In this document: positions 36,701 through 49,800 of the stretch, in pieces
Numbering within the stretch: the stretch's first letter is position 1
Layout: each line of letters starts with the position of its first letter
Source of the DNA: Lingula anatina
Lineage: Eukaryota > Animalia > Brachiopoda
Reading direction: 5' to 3'
DNA length: 64,000 nucleotides
NCBI GenBank assembly: GCA_051362555.1
Contig: CM120642.1
Coordinates: 13,082,001-13,146,000, forward strand
Program-made: the position numbers and the translations under genes
Notes under the pieces: model-generated
Databases searched by the model: none
Seen by the model: the letters and a program-made list of their open reading frames with translations, nothing else
What the model was told of the DNA's origin: nothing

Positions 36701-39700
36701 TAAATTTACACAATAAATAAATAAATACCATACCCATCAGATGTCCACTTGTGCCCCACAGAACCAGGTTTGTATGACTTGGAGAAGACTTCCACCTTGT
36801 CTGAGACCATGAAGCTAGAGTAGAAACCCACTCCAAACTGACCAATGATACTGCTCTTTGCACTGGCCTCTGACGCCTTGGATAGCTCACTCAGGAATGC
36901 CTGAAAGGAACGATTAAACACAATTAAATTGGTCTTAAATGAACAGATATCAATATCTTTAAAGACTAATACCGACACATTACAAAAGGTGCACTTGCCT
37001 TCTGAAGGGGCATTTCATAAGATAAAATGAAGACTTGACAGAGAAGGTTTCAAAATTGTGCCATCAATTAACACCATACCAAACCAAATTTAACAAAAAC
37101 TGAAGTTATATAATGGGGTTACATAAATTGTGAAGAGCTATGATAGAATGATTATGAATTTATTTTTATTTTTCTTTGTACAGAAGTATAAAGTAATACA
37201 AGCTTGACTCATCAAAACCCAAAGGTGGAAGGGGGGGGGGGGGGTAACACTTTTGGCTGAAAAAAGATCCACTTTGAACCAAAATTTGATGTCATTTTTC
37301 AAGTTAGGTCAAATAGGTGATAAAAAAACACTTTTTAGAAAGACCACCCCCTTCCTGTTTTTTTTTCTTGTTGGGCAAGTACAGGCCTGATCAATCAGTA
37401 TCCCAAGCCTTTCAGTTTATTCAGTGAAACTTGCTTAACTTAGTTTTACACAATGACCTTAAAACTCACGTAAATATGACAGCCCAAGAATTTTTCCTGA
37501 TAGTTTTAATTTTTTTCCCTTATCCTCATAACACTACCAACAGTCTTACCTTGGATCCCGACTTGGCAATTGTCCCAAGGTGCTCTATCATCTCCTCCTT
37601 AGTCATACCTATGCCAGTGTCCTGAAATAAGAGAATCAATGTGAAGCAGACGACAGGAAAACAGTGAAAAATAATGGAAGTACTGTTTGAAAAATATAAT
37701 TATGCAACTCTGCTACACTCCACGGAAAAGAAATAAATCGGAGAATTTCTTTTAAGTAATCATCACATAGAAATTTAATATATTGTATGAAATCACCATC
37801 AGCACTTTAACACTTTTGGAATGACATTCAGAAAAGAATGAGTTAAATATTATATCCAGTTGCATTTTTTTAAAAAAAAGTAAAGATTCTTTACCTGTAT
37901 TGTAAATGTCTTCTTGCTAGCATCAACTTCAATATCAATTTCCAATGGCAAGTCTGGATCAGAAATCTCAGCATCAGTCATCTGCATGTAGCGCAACTTT
38001 TCTAAAGCATCACTGCCATTGGATACAAGTTCTCTGATAAACACCTGTGCAATACAACATAATGGCAGTGAAAAATAAGGCAATACTGTGAGACAACAAA
38101 AAATATATTGGGTTACTGTCACTTACCGGATTTGAGCAATTTTTATTTTTGTCGCAACGAAAGCAATCTATTGCACATACTTAGTACTTTACAACAGTAA
38201 CAAATTTAGACAATCACTGCACCATTCTAATTCAAATCGTTTCTAAGTAATGGAAATAGTAAGGGATAGACATAAGTCTAAGAAATAGAAAAAAGTCAAG
38301 TGTGGGTTCACGGATACTTTGCTGGTTGTCTTTTGTCAAATTGCAGGCCACAAATTCATGTATATACAGAAGTTCACTATATCTATAAATACGATTTATT
38401 TTCTCCTCTCCATGAGAGCCCTTCCAGACACTTTGTGGCCTCTTTAACCACATATTACATGTTGTCATAAACAGGTGATAACATAAGTCTACTATTATAA
38501 TGTCATCAAGACAACTAGATGAAATGAAGAAATCAAATTACACACCCGTATGCTCCCAGAGTCAAGCTCTATCAGAACATATTGATTTACATTTGATACA
38601 ACTAATTACCTATTAGACCTAAGCCTTTGTTTTAGAGGAAAATGAGACACACATCTGGAAATAATTGCATGTCTGAAAATGTACACCTACAAGCATTGTG
38701 CATGAATTATCATGCTTTTTCAGATAGCTGAATTCATAAGTTGGCTTTATTGACGAAGATCAAATTACTCTTTGTTCAACCATTAGGTGTAATAGGTTGA
38801 GAAGAAAATCTGGAAAAACATCACGGCATTTCTTTTTTTAAAAACTTAAATGCTTTTTTATTGTCTACAAGATTCACAAGATTCTTCTTCCCCCAGCAGG
38901 TGTCTTTTCAAGTCATACTAAAGAGATGCTCACAAAGATTGGCAACATGGAAACCTTCCAGAATATCTCCTTAGTAATTTTTTTAAGCAGACTCCCACTA
39001 TTGCTATTTTTTTTTAAACCTTAATTTAAAAGAAAAAAAAGAGTTAAGGAAGATGTGCCCCAGCATGTTTATTTGAAAAACAAAAGATGGCAACCCAATG
39101 GAGGGTCAAATGAAAAGGAGAAACAAAAATGAAGTACATGGTCCACTTCAAAATAAACAATCAAGCCTATAAGTCTCTGGCAACTTCCAATATAATTCAC
39201 ATAAATTTTCTGAAATTATTCTTTAATTTAAAGAATCGTATTCTTGATGACAATAGTTATACCCATATTTAATCTTTCCTTAATCTTGTATTATACAAAG
39301 ATTTCATGCTGCACCTGTATTCTGGCATGTATTTCATTAAAAAATAAAAAAAAAGTTTTTTTTTTCCAGTCACTTGCCATACAAGAGATATTTTTGTAAT
39401 ATCTCTAAGATCTTGTCTTTATTATGATCCTTGTATTACTTTAATAATAAATTATCAAAATGTGACATATACTGAGCCTTTCACTAATAATTAAAAATAA
39501 AAATTTCAGGAATACCTGGTAGTTTAAACTTTTGTAGAAAAAAGTTCCAGACCAACTCCCAACTTGTCAGTGCACCTAAATGCATTTTCGAAAATTTTCC
39601 TATTTTAGTCCTCATCATCACATCCTCTCCTCGTCAAAATTCATTGCCATATCTTGCAATTTTATGATTTTGTAGAAAGCCTTTTCTACAAAGAGTACCT

Positions 39701-42700
39701 TTTCATCTACAGGATATAGGCAACTTTTCTTACCTCTTTTTCAGAGTAGAGAGATCTTGCTACGATATCTAGCAGTTTCCTCGTCTCAGCTTGAAACTCA
39801 TGACTTGAACTAGGTCCTGAAATAACAGAAAGAAAAACATGTCAGTATTTAAGGATGCATGTAATATATAATAAGATCACTTCCTTACACTTTTATTTTG
39901 AAGGGATTTCTACTTAACAAAGTTCACTGAATGCTTTTATATCTATATTTGATAATATTTAGATGGAAGAGATAAATAGGTAGGGCCTCCAACAATAAAC
40001 GGGCCCGCACACAGTGAGCATTTGGCGCGCGCCACTTGCGCTGCGCCATTTCCTCATCGTGTGCGGGGCTATTTTGGTGAGATTTTTGCCTTGCGCAGCT
40101 GCCTCTCTCACGTGTTTGATATTTTTGGTCCCTTGAGGCAAATGTCTCAGCGTGTGCGGGGTGCAAGCGCCGATTGCTCACGCCATGCCAACAATGCGCA
40201 TGTGCCGGTAGCCGGAAACAAAGAAAAATGGCAGCCTCCAGCGAAGTAAACAAAAATGTACTCAGTTATAGTTAGTCTGATTGATTAACGTGGTCACCAT
40301 TTGCCATTACTTTCAGAAAAAAAAAATATGTAATGTTTCCTTAATCACATGATCCCACAGTTCGCGGTGCGTCCGATAGGGGCAGGCCGGGAGGCATCTC
40401 TGCTGAGCAAAGAGCGCATCGTTTGCAGGGCGCTGAGAAGTGCGAGCATCTGGCGCAGCACAAGTGGCACGCGCCGAATGCTCACCGTGTGCGGGCCCCT
40501 TAAGACTTGTAATTTGTATCAAAATTGTATCAAAATTGGGTAAACCAAGTTCTTTCCTGAATACACTCCAATTTTCAGTGATCTTATTTAAAGGCATTCT
40601 ATACAGGAATTACCGACCAAAATGAATTTTCACAGAGAATTCTTGGACTTGAATTTGGTGCTTTATTTCATTTTTAATTTAAATTATTTAGTTCTAAAAG
40701 ACTGGCCTGTCACTGAGAATGTATACTTCAGAAAGAACTATTAACCTCAGGTACTTTCATTAAGGGTTTTTTAATAGATTTTAATCTATGAAGTGGGAAA
40801 GACTATTAGCTTTGCAGCTATTAAATGAGTACCGTATGCCATTAATATGTTATTCATATTTCAATAAGGACAATAAATTCAAAACCCCAAAAATATTTGA
40901 GCATGTTTCAAAACACCTCACAGCAATCATCTCAATTATTTTAAAACTCAGAAAGGATATGTTACATTGAAACTGTTAAAGACAAGTGCTAGCCCTTAAT
41001 CACATTAGGAATTTTATGGAGTGTGGGTTTTAAAACCGTGAACAGCTAGTCTGGTTTATTGTAGCCTTGCCATGCCTCGAAGGCATGGAAATATATGGGA
41101 CAAGAGACTTAAAAGAGCTATATGGGCACCACATACAGTAACTAGCTCTACTCACCACCAGTGACTTTAAAAATAGTAAGTACTCATAATGCCTATATTT
41201 CTGTTATCTTTCTAGCATTCTCTCTCTGTCTCTCTCTATCTCTCATCCACAGCTGCACATAATCATGCAGATACTAAAGGCTTCAAGCACAATTTTTTCA
41301 ACACAGTTGCATGTACCACAATTCTAATAAATACAAACTGTGGAGTGAATTGTGATGACCATGAGCTCTTCTTGAAATGGCCTGCAAAATTCATCTGGAT
41401 ACAGTGTTTTGCATGAATGGTGTTGAAGTTCATATCTGCATGGGTGAAAGTTGTAAAAATTGAAAATCCTAAAAAAGTAGCTTGCAATTTCTCATCACGT
41501 TTAGGCCATACGAAAAATTAAATGATCAAAATGAAGACTGAAAATCCTAAAGTCAGGCATAATCCTGAAAACTTTCACCAATGCATTTGGCACTAAGAAT
41601 TGGTTTTGACAATCAAAATCCTTTTCATGGAACACTTTGCCATTACAGGTTGCTCTATACAACTGAAATTTAGTGTTCATCATTTTGAGAAGCAGAAGGC
41701 ATTTTAAACATTGACTAATATAGCATGATTTCAAAGTAATAGATTAGGAAAAACAATATCAGCTTCTTTTGAATGGAGACCTTTTTTTGTGCAATACCCT
41801 AAATCTTTTAGTTATTGAAAATGTGTTCTATGTAGCTGAATGACAAAACAAGTTCAGTCACACATGTACCCAAGGGAAAACTTTTCCATTTCTGACAGTT
41901 TATGATTAATAGCATTTTGCAGTCTTTACAATGACAGTTAGTATCCCTTATCAATCAATTCCTGGCTCCACATAAAAAAGGGGATGGTTCTCTGCCAGAA
42001 GGCTTTGTAACTGAGGTCAAGTGAGAGAGTTAGGTGGCTGCCAGACTGATATGTGATGGATTGCTCACTGCACAGAAATTAGCACACAATCTGTGGTATA
42101 TATCTCAAAACCTGTGGTATACAAGTATCTTAACAAAATAACCTGTGGACTGTCAAACTTATGCTAGAAAATTAAATTGGCAATCTGTCGAGGTTTCAAT
42201 TTGTTAAAGCCATAAAAAAAAAAGAAAAATGGTTAAATTTTTATTTCTTATTCTAAAATTTATCACTCACTTAAAGAGAAACTTCATTAGGCCAAATGCA
42301 AAATGAAGTCAGATAACCACCATAAATGGTTTTCCCAATAAACAATCAGGGTTACCAATATTATAAAAATATAGTGCTTCACAAAACAAGTAGATGGTCA
42401 CTCCAGTGGTGATTGGTAGAATCCAAGTAGGATTCTGGATGGGTTTCATTGGGAGTGAAAGAGGGGCTATTGGCAGTCAAAATCTTCCTGGTTCAGCTTT
42501 TAAATAAGAAATAACCTCTTAGCTTGATAAAATCTCAAAAGACTTCAAAAGATATTTCAGGAAGTAGATGTGGTTTGGCAACAATGACAGTGGAGTTTTC
42601 CTCACTACTAACAGTGCTGGGTCTGGCCCTGCACTCTTCCTTTAAGATTTTATTATGCACACATCCTAACAGTTTCCAAGGACAATTTCCTATCTAAAGT

Positions 42701-44298
42701 TTTATGCTATTCAAATACATTCCAATTAAAAAAAATAATAAAATAAAATAAAAAAACACTGGTGTCCCTGATGACTGAGAACTGATAACGTCAACTGAAA
42801 TCCAGCTGTATCAATAAAATAATTCAAATATTTCAATTGAAACCAAAGGTAACTAAAAATATCTGGATATATTACAAGGAATCTATAAGGAAGCTATTAT
42901 CATATATATTAGCAAAGCTTATAGTTAATCTGACCGTATAAATATTGTGATATAATACAATGTAATCTTTAACTGATGTTCAGCTTCAATTAATGACATA
43001 CCTTTCCCTCTCTCCGTACCCTTCATAATTGTATGGTATTCTTCTTGCTCTTCAGCTCCCTCTTCTGCAATATCTTCTTTTTGGTCTTCATTCTGGTCTG
43101 TGGTAGACTGAGAAGAGTAAAACTGCACGGGTTGTCTGAAGCTTCCTCTAAATTTCAGCAAAGTGCTGGCACTGCCAGGTCCATGAACTACTGAAAGAGT
43201 TTACAAAAGTGTTCATCATCTTTAATTTTCCCCTCCTATTACACATACATACAAATATATATCATCAACCTTGATGAACAATCAATTTAATTATACACAG
43301 ATAACCATTTAAGTGAAAATTTCTGTACTCCAGCTCTCCTTTTTCATTGCCCTGTGAAAGGACTTTGAGTGGCTGTTAAGGCCAGACAGGTCAGCAGACA
43401 TCAAGGTTAGGTGGAAATATAGTCTCCAAAAAATGTTCCTCCAAAAAATCTGGTCTGTTTTGTTTCTGTTATTACTCAATTCAATGAAGTGTGTTTTACA
43501 TGTGAATGTGTATGTGTGTGTGTGCACATACACGTGTAGGTTTGAAGGGGGGATGTGTAGTTTCAGTCCAAATAACCATTTAAAATGTGCTGCCCCTTTG
43601 CCCAAAAGAGATATTTCAGTTTCTCATACATCAATGCAGGATACAAGATGTATACTTAATCAATATGCAGGACTGCCATTTGCATGTAACCCTAGCAACA
43701 ATTGTACATATTTATGGCAAATAGTACAGAGCAAAGGCGTAAACTTTCTCACATCAAAATACAACCACCTACGTAAAGCATTTGACACTAGCTTGCATCA
43801 AGAAGTATTAATTTATCAACATCGACCATCCCCTTTCTCCTTTCCCATCTTCAGGATTAAGTGTTACACTTAGATGCAGCTTTTCAAGTGAATGCAAATC
43901 ATCACTCAAAAACGTGAAAAGAAAACGATGCAAACAAAGTTAACGATCTAAATAAAGTTAACATAAATTGGCGTATTCCCTGCTTTATCAACCATTATCT
44001 TTCGAAGACGATGAAAGCAGAGCGAGAGAAAATTAGGGATATTTTCCTAACAAGTCGCAAAGAGGATAACGTAATGGAACGTCACCATGCAGTACAACAG
44101 CGAAAATTCTCGAACTTCTACCATTAGTCACAACAACATCTACATTTGGTATAAAACACATAATTTACCTGAAGGTGTATGGGTATGAATCCGACATGCA
44201 CTTGATAAACTGACATTCCGTGTAGTTTTAAATGCGACTCTATTCAGCAATTTAGTGTAGGAATTTCTGAGACATGTCGAGCACATGGAGGCTGCCAT
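30711..44298 (-). CDS. TRAP1: Mitochondrial Hsp90 (TRAP1/HSP75), about 730 aa
   Basis: 18 phase-consistent exons: 44298-44169, 43190-43002, 39816-39734, 38044-37895, 37621-37550, 36900-36734, 36483-36374, 36205-36132, 35887-35728, 35444-35331, 33679-33610, 33286-33139, 32815-32688, 32561-32371, 32118-32033, 31671-31526, 31228-31156, 30812-30711. Motifs [67 protein letters not shown]; presequence present; no MEEVD or KDEL tail. Confidence 0.97.
39999..40500. mobile_element. Non-autonomous DNA transposon (MITE), about 500 bp, in TRAP1 intron 2
   Basis: TIRs of about 50 bp: GGGCCCGCACACAGTGAGCATTTGGCGCGCGCCACTTGCGCTGCGCCA ... TGGCGCAGCACAAGTGGCACGCGCCGAATGCTCACCGTGTGCGGGCCC. TAA/TTAA-like flanks; a GC- and CpG-rich island in an AT-rich intron. 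Confidence 0.88.
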
Positions 44299-45912
44299 AT
44301 TGGATGGCCTCGTTATCGCATTATGACTTGAATGGAAAGGGGGATCAGGTTGCACCACTGCAAAAACGTAATGTCAACTTTGAGCAACTCTCTCTTCTGA
44401 AAGTTGAAAATACTTTCAGATGTGTTTCTATAATATCGTTTAACATATAAACCACATGAATAAGGGTGATTGGGTTTTTATTTCCAATGTTAAATTTGTG
44501 ATTTTAATTTTGAAAATTAATTAATAAGTGGACAAGAATAAATGATTAAATGTTCTGTTGTGCCGTTATTTTCCGGTGCAGTACCTAAGACATCTGCCTG
44601 CCCAGCTCTAGCTACATTAATTTGCGTTCTTCTTACTGTTAATTTATTTAGACATAAGAACTGTCAGAAAAAAATGAAAATTATGATCGTACAGATCTAT
44701 GTGACATCTATGTCATAATAACGGCGTAACCGGGGTTATATTAAAGGTAGGCCTACACGGGGTCGAAGTACTGGGGTCACAGGAATTAAAATTGATGTCT
44801 TCCCTCAAAGATAAGTATCAAATGGTTAATTACCTAATGTCTGCATAACTGTCATAGAACTATATCGCCTTTTTATTACTGCTGATTCCTTACTATATAA
44901 GACTAAATGGCAATGTAGCATGAAATAGCGACACTAAGGGAGCAAGTCAAAATTATGCAAAATTATGCCTTTTTTCTTTTCTTTTCAATGGCCTTCAATA
45001 GAAGTACAGTGGGAGTGATGGTGGGTGGAGATGAGCGGTACACTCTCACTGTACGTCATCTCAACTAGACTTCTGCCAGAGATCCCAACACCAAATTAAC
45101 GGGTAACTCTGAAGCAAAAAAGTTTCAATAACAAGATTTCATACGTGGAATTATTTGAATCGTACTAATGAAAACAAACATCTTTTCATTTTTTCAGTCT
45201 CTTTCAAATGTCAAGTAGCCTTTCATAAGCGATTTTCTCGGAAAAGATCATTTAACGGTTCTTATTCAACGAATGTATAGGAATATAAAAAAAATATTGG
45301 GAAGTGAACTTTTTCGGAAACATGTTTTTTTATTTTTTTATTTTTTTTGTCTTATCTATCTAAAAACATAAATCAAAAACTTAAAATAAAACTGACTATG
45401 TACACCTAAAAAAAGAAGTTACACATATCTGAAGAGAGAGAAAAAAAAAAGAAATGACAATACTTACCAGCCGCACGGATACACGGTTGGCTTCCTTGCG
45501 TGACCTATTTCCCACTAACCTGACATCCCTTTTCCGGCAAGTTTGACTCGCCCTGCTTAGTTTACTCGGTCCAGGGTGAATTCATCCAGACTTCAAAGTT
45601 TGTGTGCTAAAACTAATCGTGGGCAAGTTACAAAGAAACACACCGGCTTCAGATGTTTCAATCACAGCGATGGAGACGGAAGGAACTTAAGTGTTTCGAT
45701 AAACGAGTTAAGCTCGAGCGCTCGTGCTCCAAGATAATCGTAAACGGGACAAAGTAGGCCAGTTGGTGACCCCGACTAAGTCGTTGTTTGGGACTAGAGG
45801 CGACCCTGGTTGATCAAGTATAGGGTCCCCCTCCAAGCAGCGAGACTACACACGAACTTTTCCGTTTGTGTCTCGGTCTCACCCGTCCACCATTGTGCAT
45901 TTACAGGATAGC
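44299..45912. promoter_or_regulatory. Divergent promoter and 5' UTR region, TRAP1 / mastermind
   Basis: Lies between the TRAP1 ATG (44298, -) and the mastermind ATG (45913, +). CpG retained; TTCCGG ETS-like cores; CSL-type TTTCCCAC at 45508-45515. Confidence 0.5.
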
Positions 45913-46164
45913 ATGGGGGATTTCTTTCCCCCAAAGAGGAAAGACGTTGTGGATCGTTTGAGGCGGCGCATCGAGTTTTATCGCAGACATCAAAATGGCA
46001 CCTATACTCGCTACCAGAACAACTTCCAAGAACTGACCGAGCACATCCACAAAGACACTGAAGTGTATCACCAGAAGTGGTTAGACAGCCGAACCAAGAA
46101 AGCTTCAAAACACTCCCGTGTGTCCAGGGATAGTAGTGACAGCAGTAGACAAGTAGCCAACACG
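45913..46164 (+). CDS. mam: Mastermind (MAML-family Notch co-activator) exon 1, encoding the N-terminal CSL/NICD-binding helix; gene continues past the window
   Basis: MGDFFPPKRKDVVDRLRRRIEFYRRHQNGTYTRY... matches the MamL-1 signature (VxxRLRRRIExYRxH). Ends at ACG|GTAAGT, phase 0. Confidence 0.9.
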
Positions 46165-46804
46165 GTAAGTGGGATATAAGTAGTGATAACGATAGAAGAT
46201 ATATTATTGATATGGCAAATAGTTTAGAGAACTTGGGTGGTCTTTAGAGTTACTGCGAATACATTGTATCAAGTTGGATATTTTAAAGATACATTGTGCA
46301 TATATCACTTCAAGATATTGAACAAGACTTCTCCAAACTTTGTTTACATTACTTAGAAAGTACGTTTTGAGGTCACACAGATCTATTTTAGTTTCAAATG
46401 AATTGTTGTTGTTTTTTATCCTTAACAGGTATGACATTTCAGTTAAAAATTAGAATGTTCACAGTATTACTATTGTGTAATGTTGTCATTGGAATAAAAT
46501 TTGCCAGGCACTCATGAAATTCTAGGACTTATGTCAAGTCCTGTATTTATGTGTTTCTGATAAATGTATTGTTTTGAATATTTGAAGACAAGCAAGCATC
46601 TACATCCATATTGCTTCCCTAGCCATACAATAAACAGAGAACATATCTTTTGCCATACAACCTGTGATAGAACCCAAGTTGTCTGTTTCTCCCTCTTGAC
46701 TACAGGCCTTTCAACAGGATTGCAGTTACAGTGAGTCCAAGATCAAAGGTTTTAACACAACATACACAAATTCTGTCAAAATATCAGACGCTACCTAGCC
46801 ATTG

Positions 46805-46805
<1 letters not shown>

Positions 46806-46882
<77 letters not shown>
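46806..46882. repeat. (TA)n microsatellite
   Basis: Directly visible. Confidence 0.95.
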
Positions 46883-46885
<3 letters not shown>

Positions 46886-49800
46886 TAGATATTGTAATAA
46901 AGTGTTAATGCCATTCCTGCACAAAATCAACGCACATTATCAAAGTTCATAGATGGTGATTAGAAACTGATGTATGATTCTCATTGTTTAATCTCTAAAT
47001 AAACTCTTCATCAATTTAATTAGATACAATGGAAAACCTTATTCATAATTTATTAAAATTAATTAATTAATTAATATTTCGCAAACTGTTGACACTAAAT
47101 ACAACAGTCAACATTTTTGAAGTGCTACCTATAAACATGGAAAAAAACTTTTGACAGATGTAAATATTATAATTTGTGAGAATTGCTTGACTGTCTGATT
47201 CTGTCTATGCACATCAAAACAATATTGAAAAGATGAATAACTGCAGTTGAAGTGCAGTTCTCAACCCTTGTTTCAGTTTTCAATTTTTATTGGCCAGTAA
47301 TGGCAGATAAGTGATTTTTCTCTGTCATGTTCTCCTATATATAGCCCTGTTATGTGTACTATATCAGACCATCCAGTGAACTAGAGAAGGTATGTATATA
47401 GACATAGCAGTCTCTGTAAAAGAAAGTTCCATTTGCTTAGGGCAATCATTACACGGTTCATATACTGAATCGTAATCAGTTATCCTAGGAAGTTATTTAC
47501 AACGCTGTAATTTTTTACATTGATTGGTTGAAGCTATGAATGAAGTGCTTAATTGGTAAGTACTCTCAAGGATGGCTTGTTTGTGGAGGGAAATGATGTG
47601 GTTATTCTTCAAAATGTCACAGACTTTGGTTGCTGTCCTATGAAAATGCTTGTTGTAACTCTCTTTGTATAGTTTTGACTTTTTTTAAAAACTAGACATT
47701 TTTGGTCTAAAGGGCAATGATGTTGAATATATATATAATGAATTTTTTATACTAAGAGTTAACTAAAAATTAGCCATGATTTAATTTTTTCAACCACCAG
47801 CACTCCCATTGCAGACGTTTTAGCCAACCAATATTTGGTCCTCATTGTCATTTGTCCCATCTTACTTCTGGGTCACATCTTCTGAATCATCTTTAGTCAA
47901 AAAGACACTGGAAGGTGTACTTTGCTGTGAGTCCCAGCTTTTCCCACAGTGTCTTAAGTCGGCTAAATTGAGCAGTCTAAAGTGGCTGTAATGGTCAATA
48001 ATACTAAAACAGCTACATTAAGAGATATCTTTGATTTTGTATTAATTTTAATTGAGCATATACTTTGTGTACCATATTTTTTGACTGGTATAGCTGTGAA
48101 GAACATTTAGCAACCACCACACCCCCTAAGACAACCCCTTCTGAGTAAAAGTTATAGTATAACTATGTTTAGATATAACGCCTCCCCCATCCATTGGATA
48201 AAATAGAGACTGTGTTTACAATCAGAGATTGATGACTGTCTTCAACCACATGAACTGTCCTTATAATGTTTAAGACATCCTGTGAAATTTTTGTAGCAAA
48301 CCAGAAAAAAGTACTTGATGTCTTAATTAAAATAGTAGTATATCTTTTTTTCCATTCAAGTATAGGTTGACAATTTCATTTTCAAGTTACGCAAAACAAC
48401 ATAATGTCAGTCTAGTGTTTGAATATTTACCTAAGCTGAAAAATAATGAAAAGATATTTTGCAATTTTTAGCCTTCTTTTTGCTGAAAGATGACTGGGCA
48501 AAAAGAAAAAATTAAATGATCCTCAAGATGATTTTGAGTAAATTCACTTACTAAGTATCAATTAACTTATAATGTTTTATGTAAATATCATGAATCTGCT
48601 TCAAGGTTGATGTGATGTTATGGTTTTTGTGGTTTAGAGAGTATTTTCGTATGTGGTTTGATTTTTCCTCAATTCTTGTGGGTGTTTTTTTTTTTTTTTT
48701 TTTTTTTTTTTTCATTTTGCCAGCCAGTCGCTTTTTCTATTGAAGCCTTTTTTATTTTTAAAGCTGAAAAGCAGCATATTTTTTACATTCATTAACTTGT
48801 TTATTATTTGATGTTAGTGAAATGAGAAAAATTCTTAGGTCTTGAATGATTTGTTTTATATTTTTCTCTTGCTCCGAGTGGTAGATGTTATTTAAAGAAG
48901 GGAAAACTAAACTGACATACCATTGCCTCAGCGATGATGATGTCATTCAAGTTGCTAGTATCTGTCTGGGAAAGAAGATACAGAACATTACTCACTCACC
49001 ATGTTTAACACAAAAATTGAAAGCTTATCACGTTTCCCTTCATATGCTTAATAAAAAACAGAACAAAGGAGGGGTATAAGGTTTTTTACGCTTTCTCTCA
49101 AATCAGTCCAATTGCAAGGTTTCATTTTTAACACCTCTCCTTACATATCCGCAGCCCGGAGTTTAATTAGAGTAGACGTATGTACTGCGCTAACAGGGGC
49201 CTCTTCTATATCCTTTCATTTCTCATTTCCTGAGTGAGCTTTACCAGCTCTACTTTTCTCTGCTTATATTTCTGCTAAGGGTGCATTCACATATTCACTT
49301 TAAAAAAAAAGGGTTCCAGAATGATTTGAATTTTGAATGAACTAACTAAACTGTTAATTGCAGTGAAGTTAGGGAAAGGAGACCCTATTCTCAATGTACA
49401 CCCAGTTTTGCTGGGTGGTCATATTGTGCACACTGGGGTTTAATTGCAATCCACAATCTAAGGTACATGCTCTAACAACAGTAGCAACTCATATTGTGTA
49501 CTCTGCACTCTTGTATGAAAAAAATTATCAAAATTTCAAAATATAAAGTCCTTTTACCTTATGGAAATGTTTTGATAGCTATAGATATCTGAGGGTTAAA
49601 TTATCTAAATGTGGATAGAAGGAAATATATGAATATTATCAAGGTGGATTACTCAGCTGACGGATTCCTTTAGTGATATTAAAGCTCATGCACATCTGTA
49701 TATGTCTTGGGTGATGGATCAAAATGAGACTAGTTCCATTTTGATAATAAAAGTTGCATTAATTAAAGAGCTGAACTTGTTAGGAGTAAGTTGGAAAATT

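Noticed and set aside
39924-40625. Cluster of overlapping short ORFs
   Set aside because: They arise from the GC-rich MITE and its inverted repeats; no transposase motifs seen.
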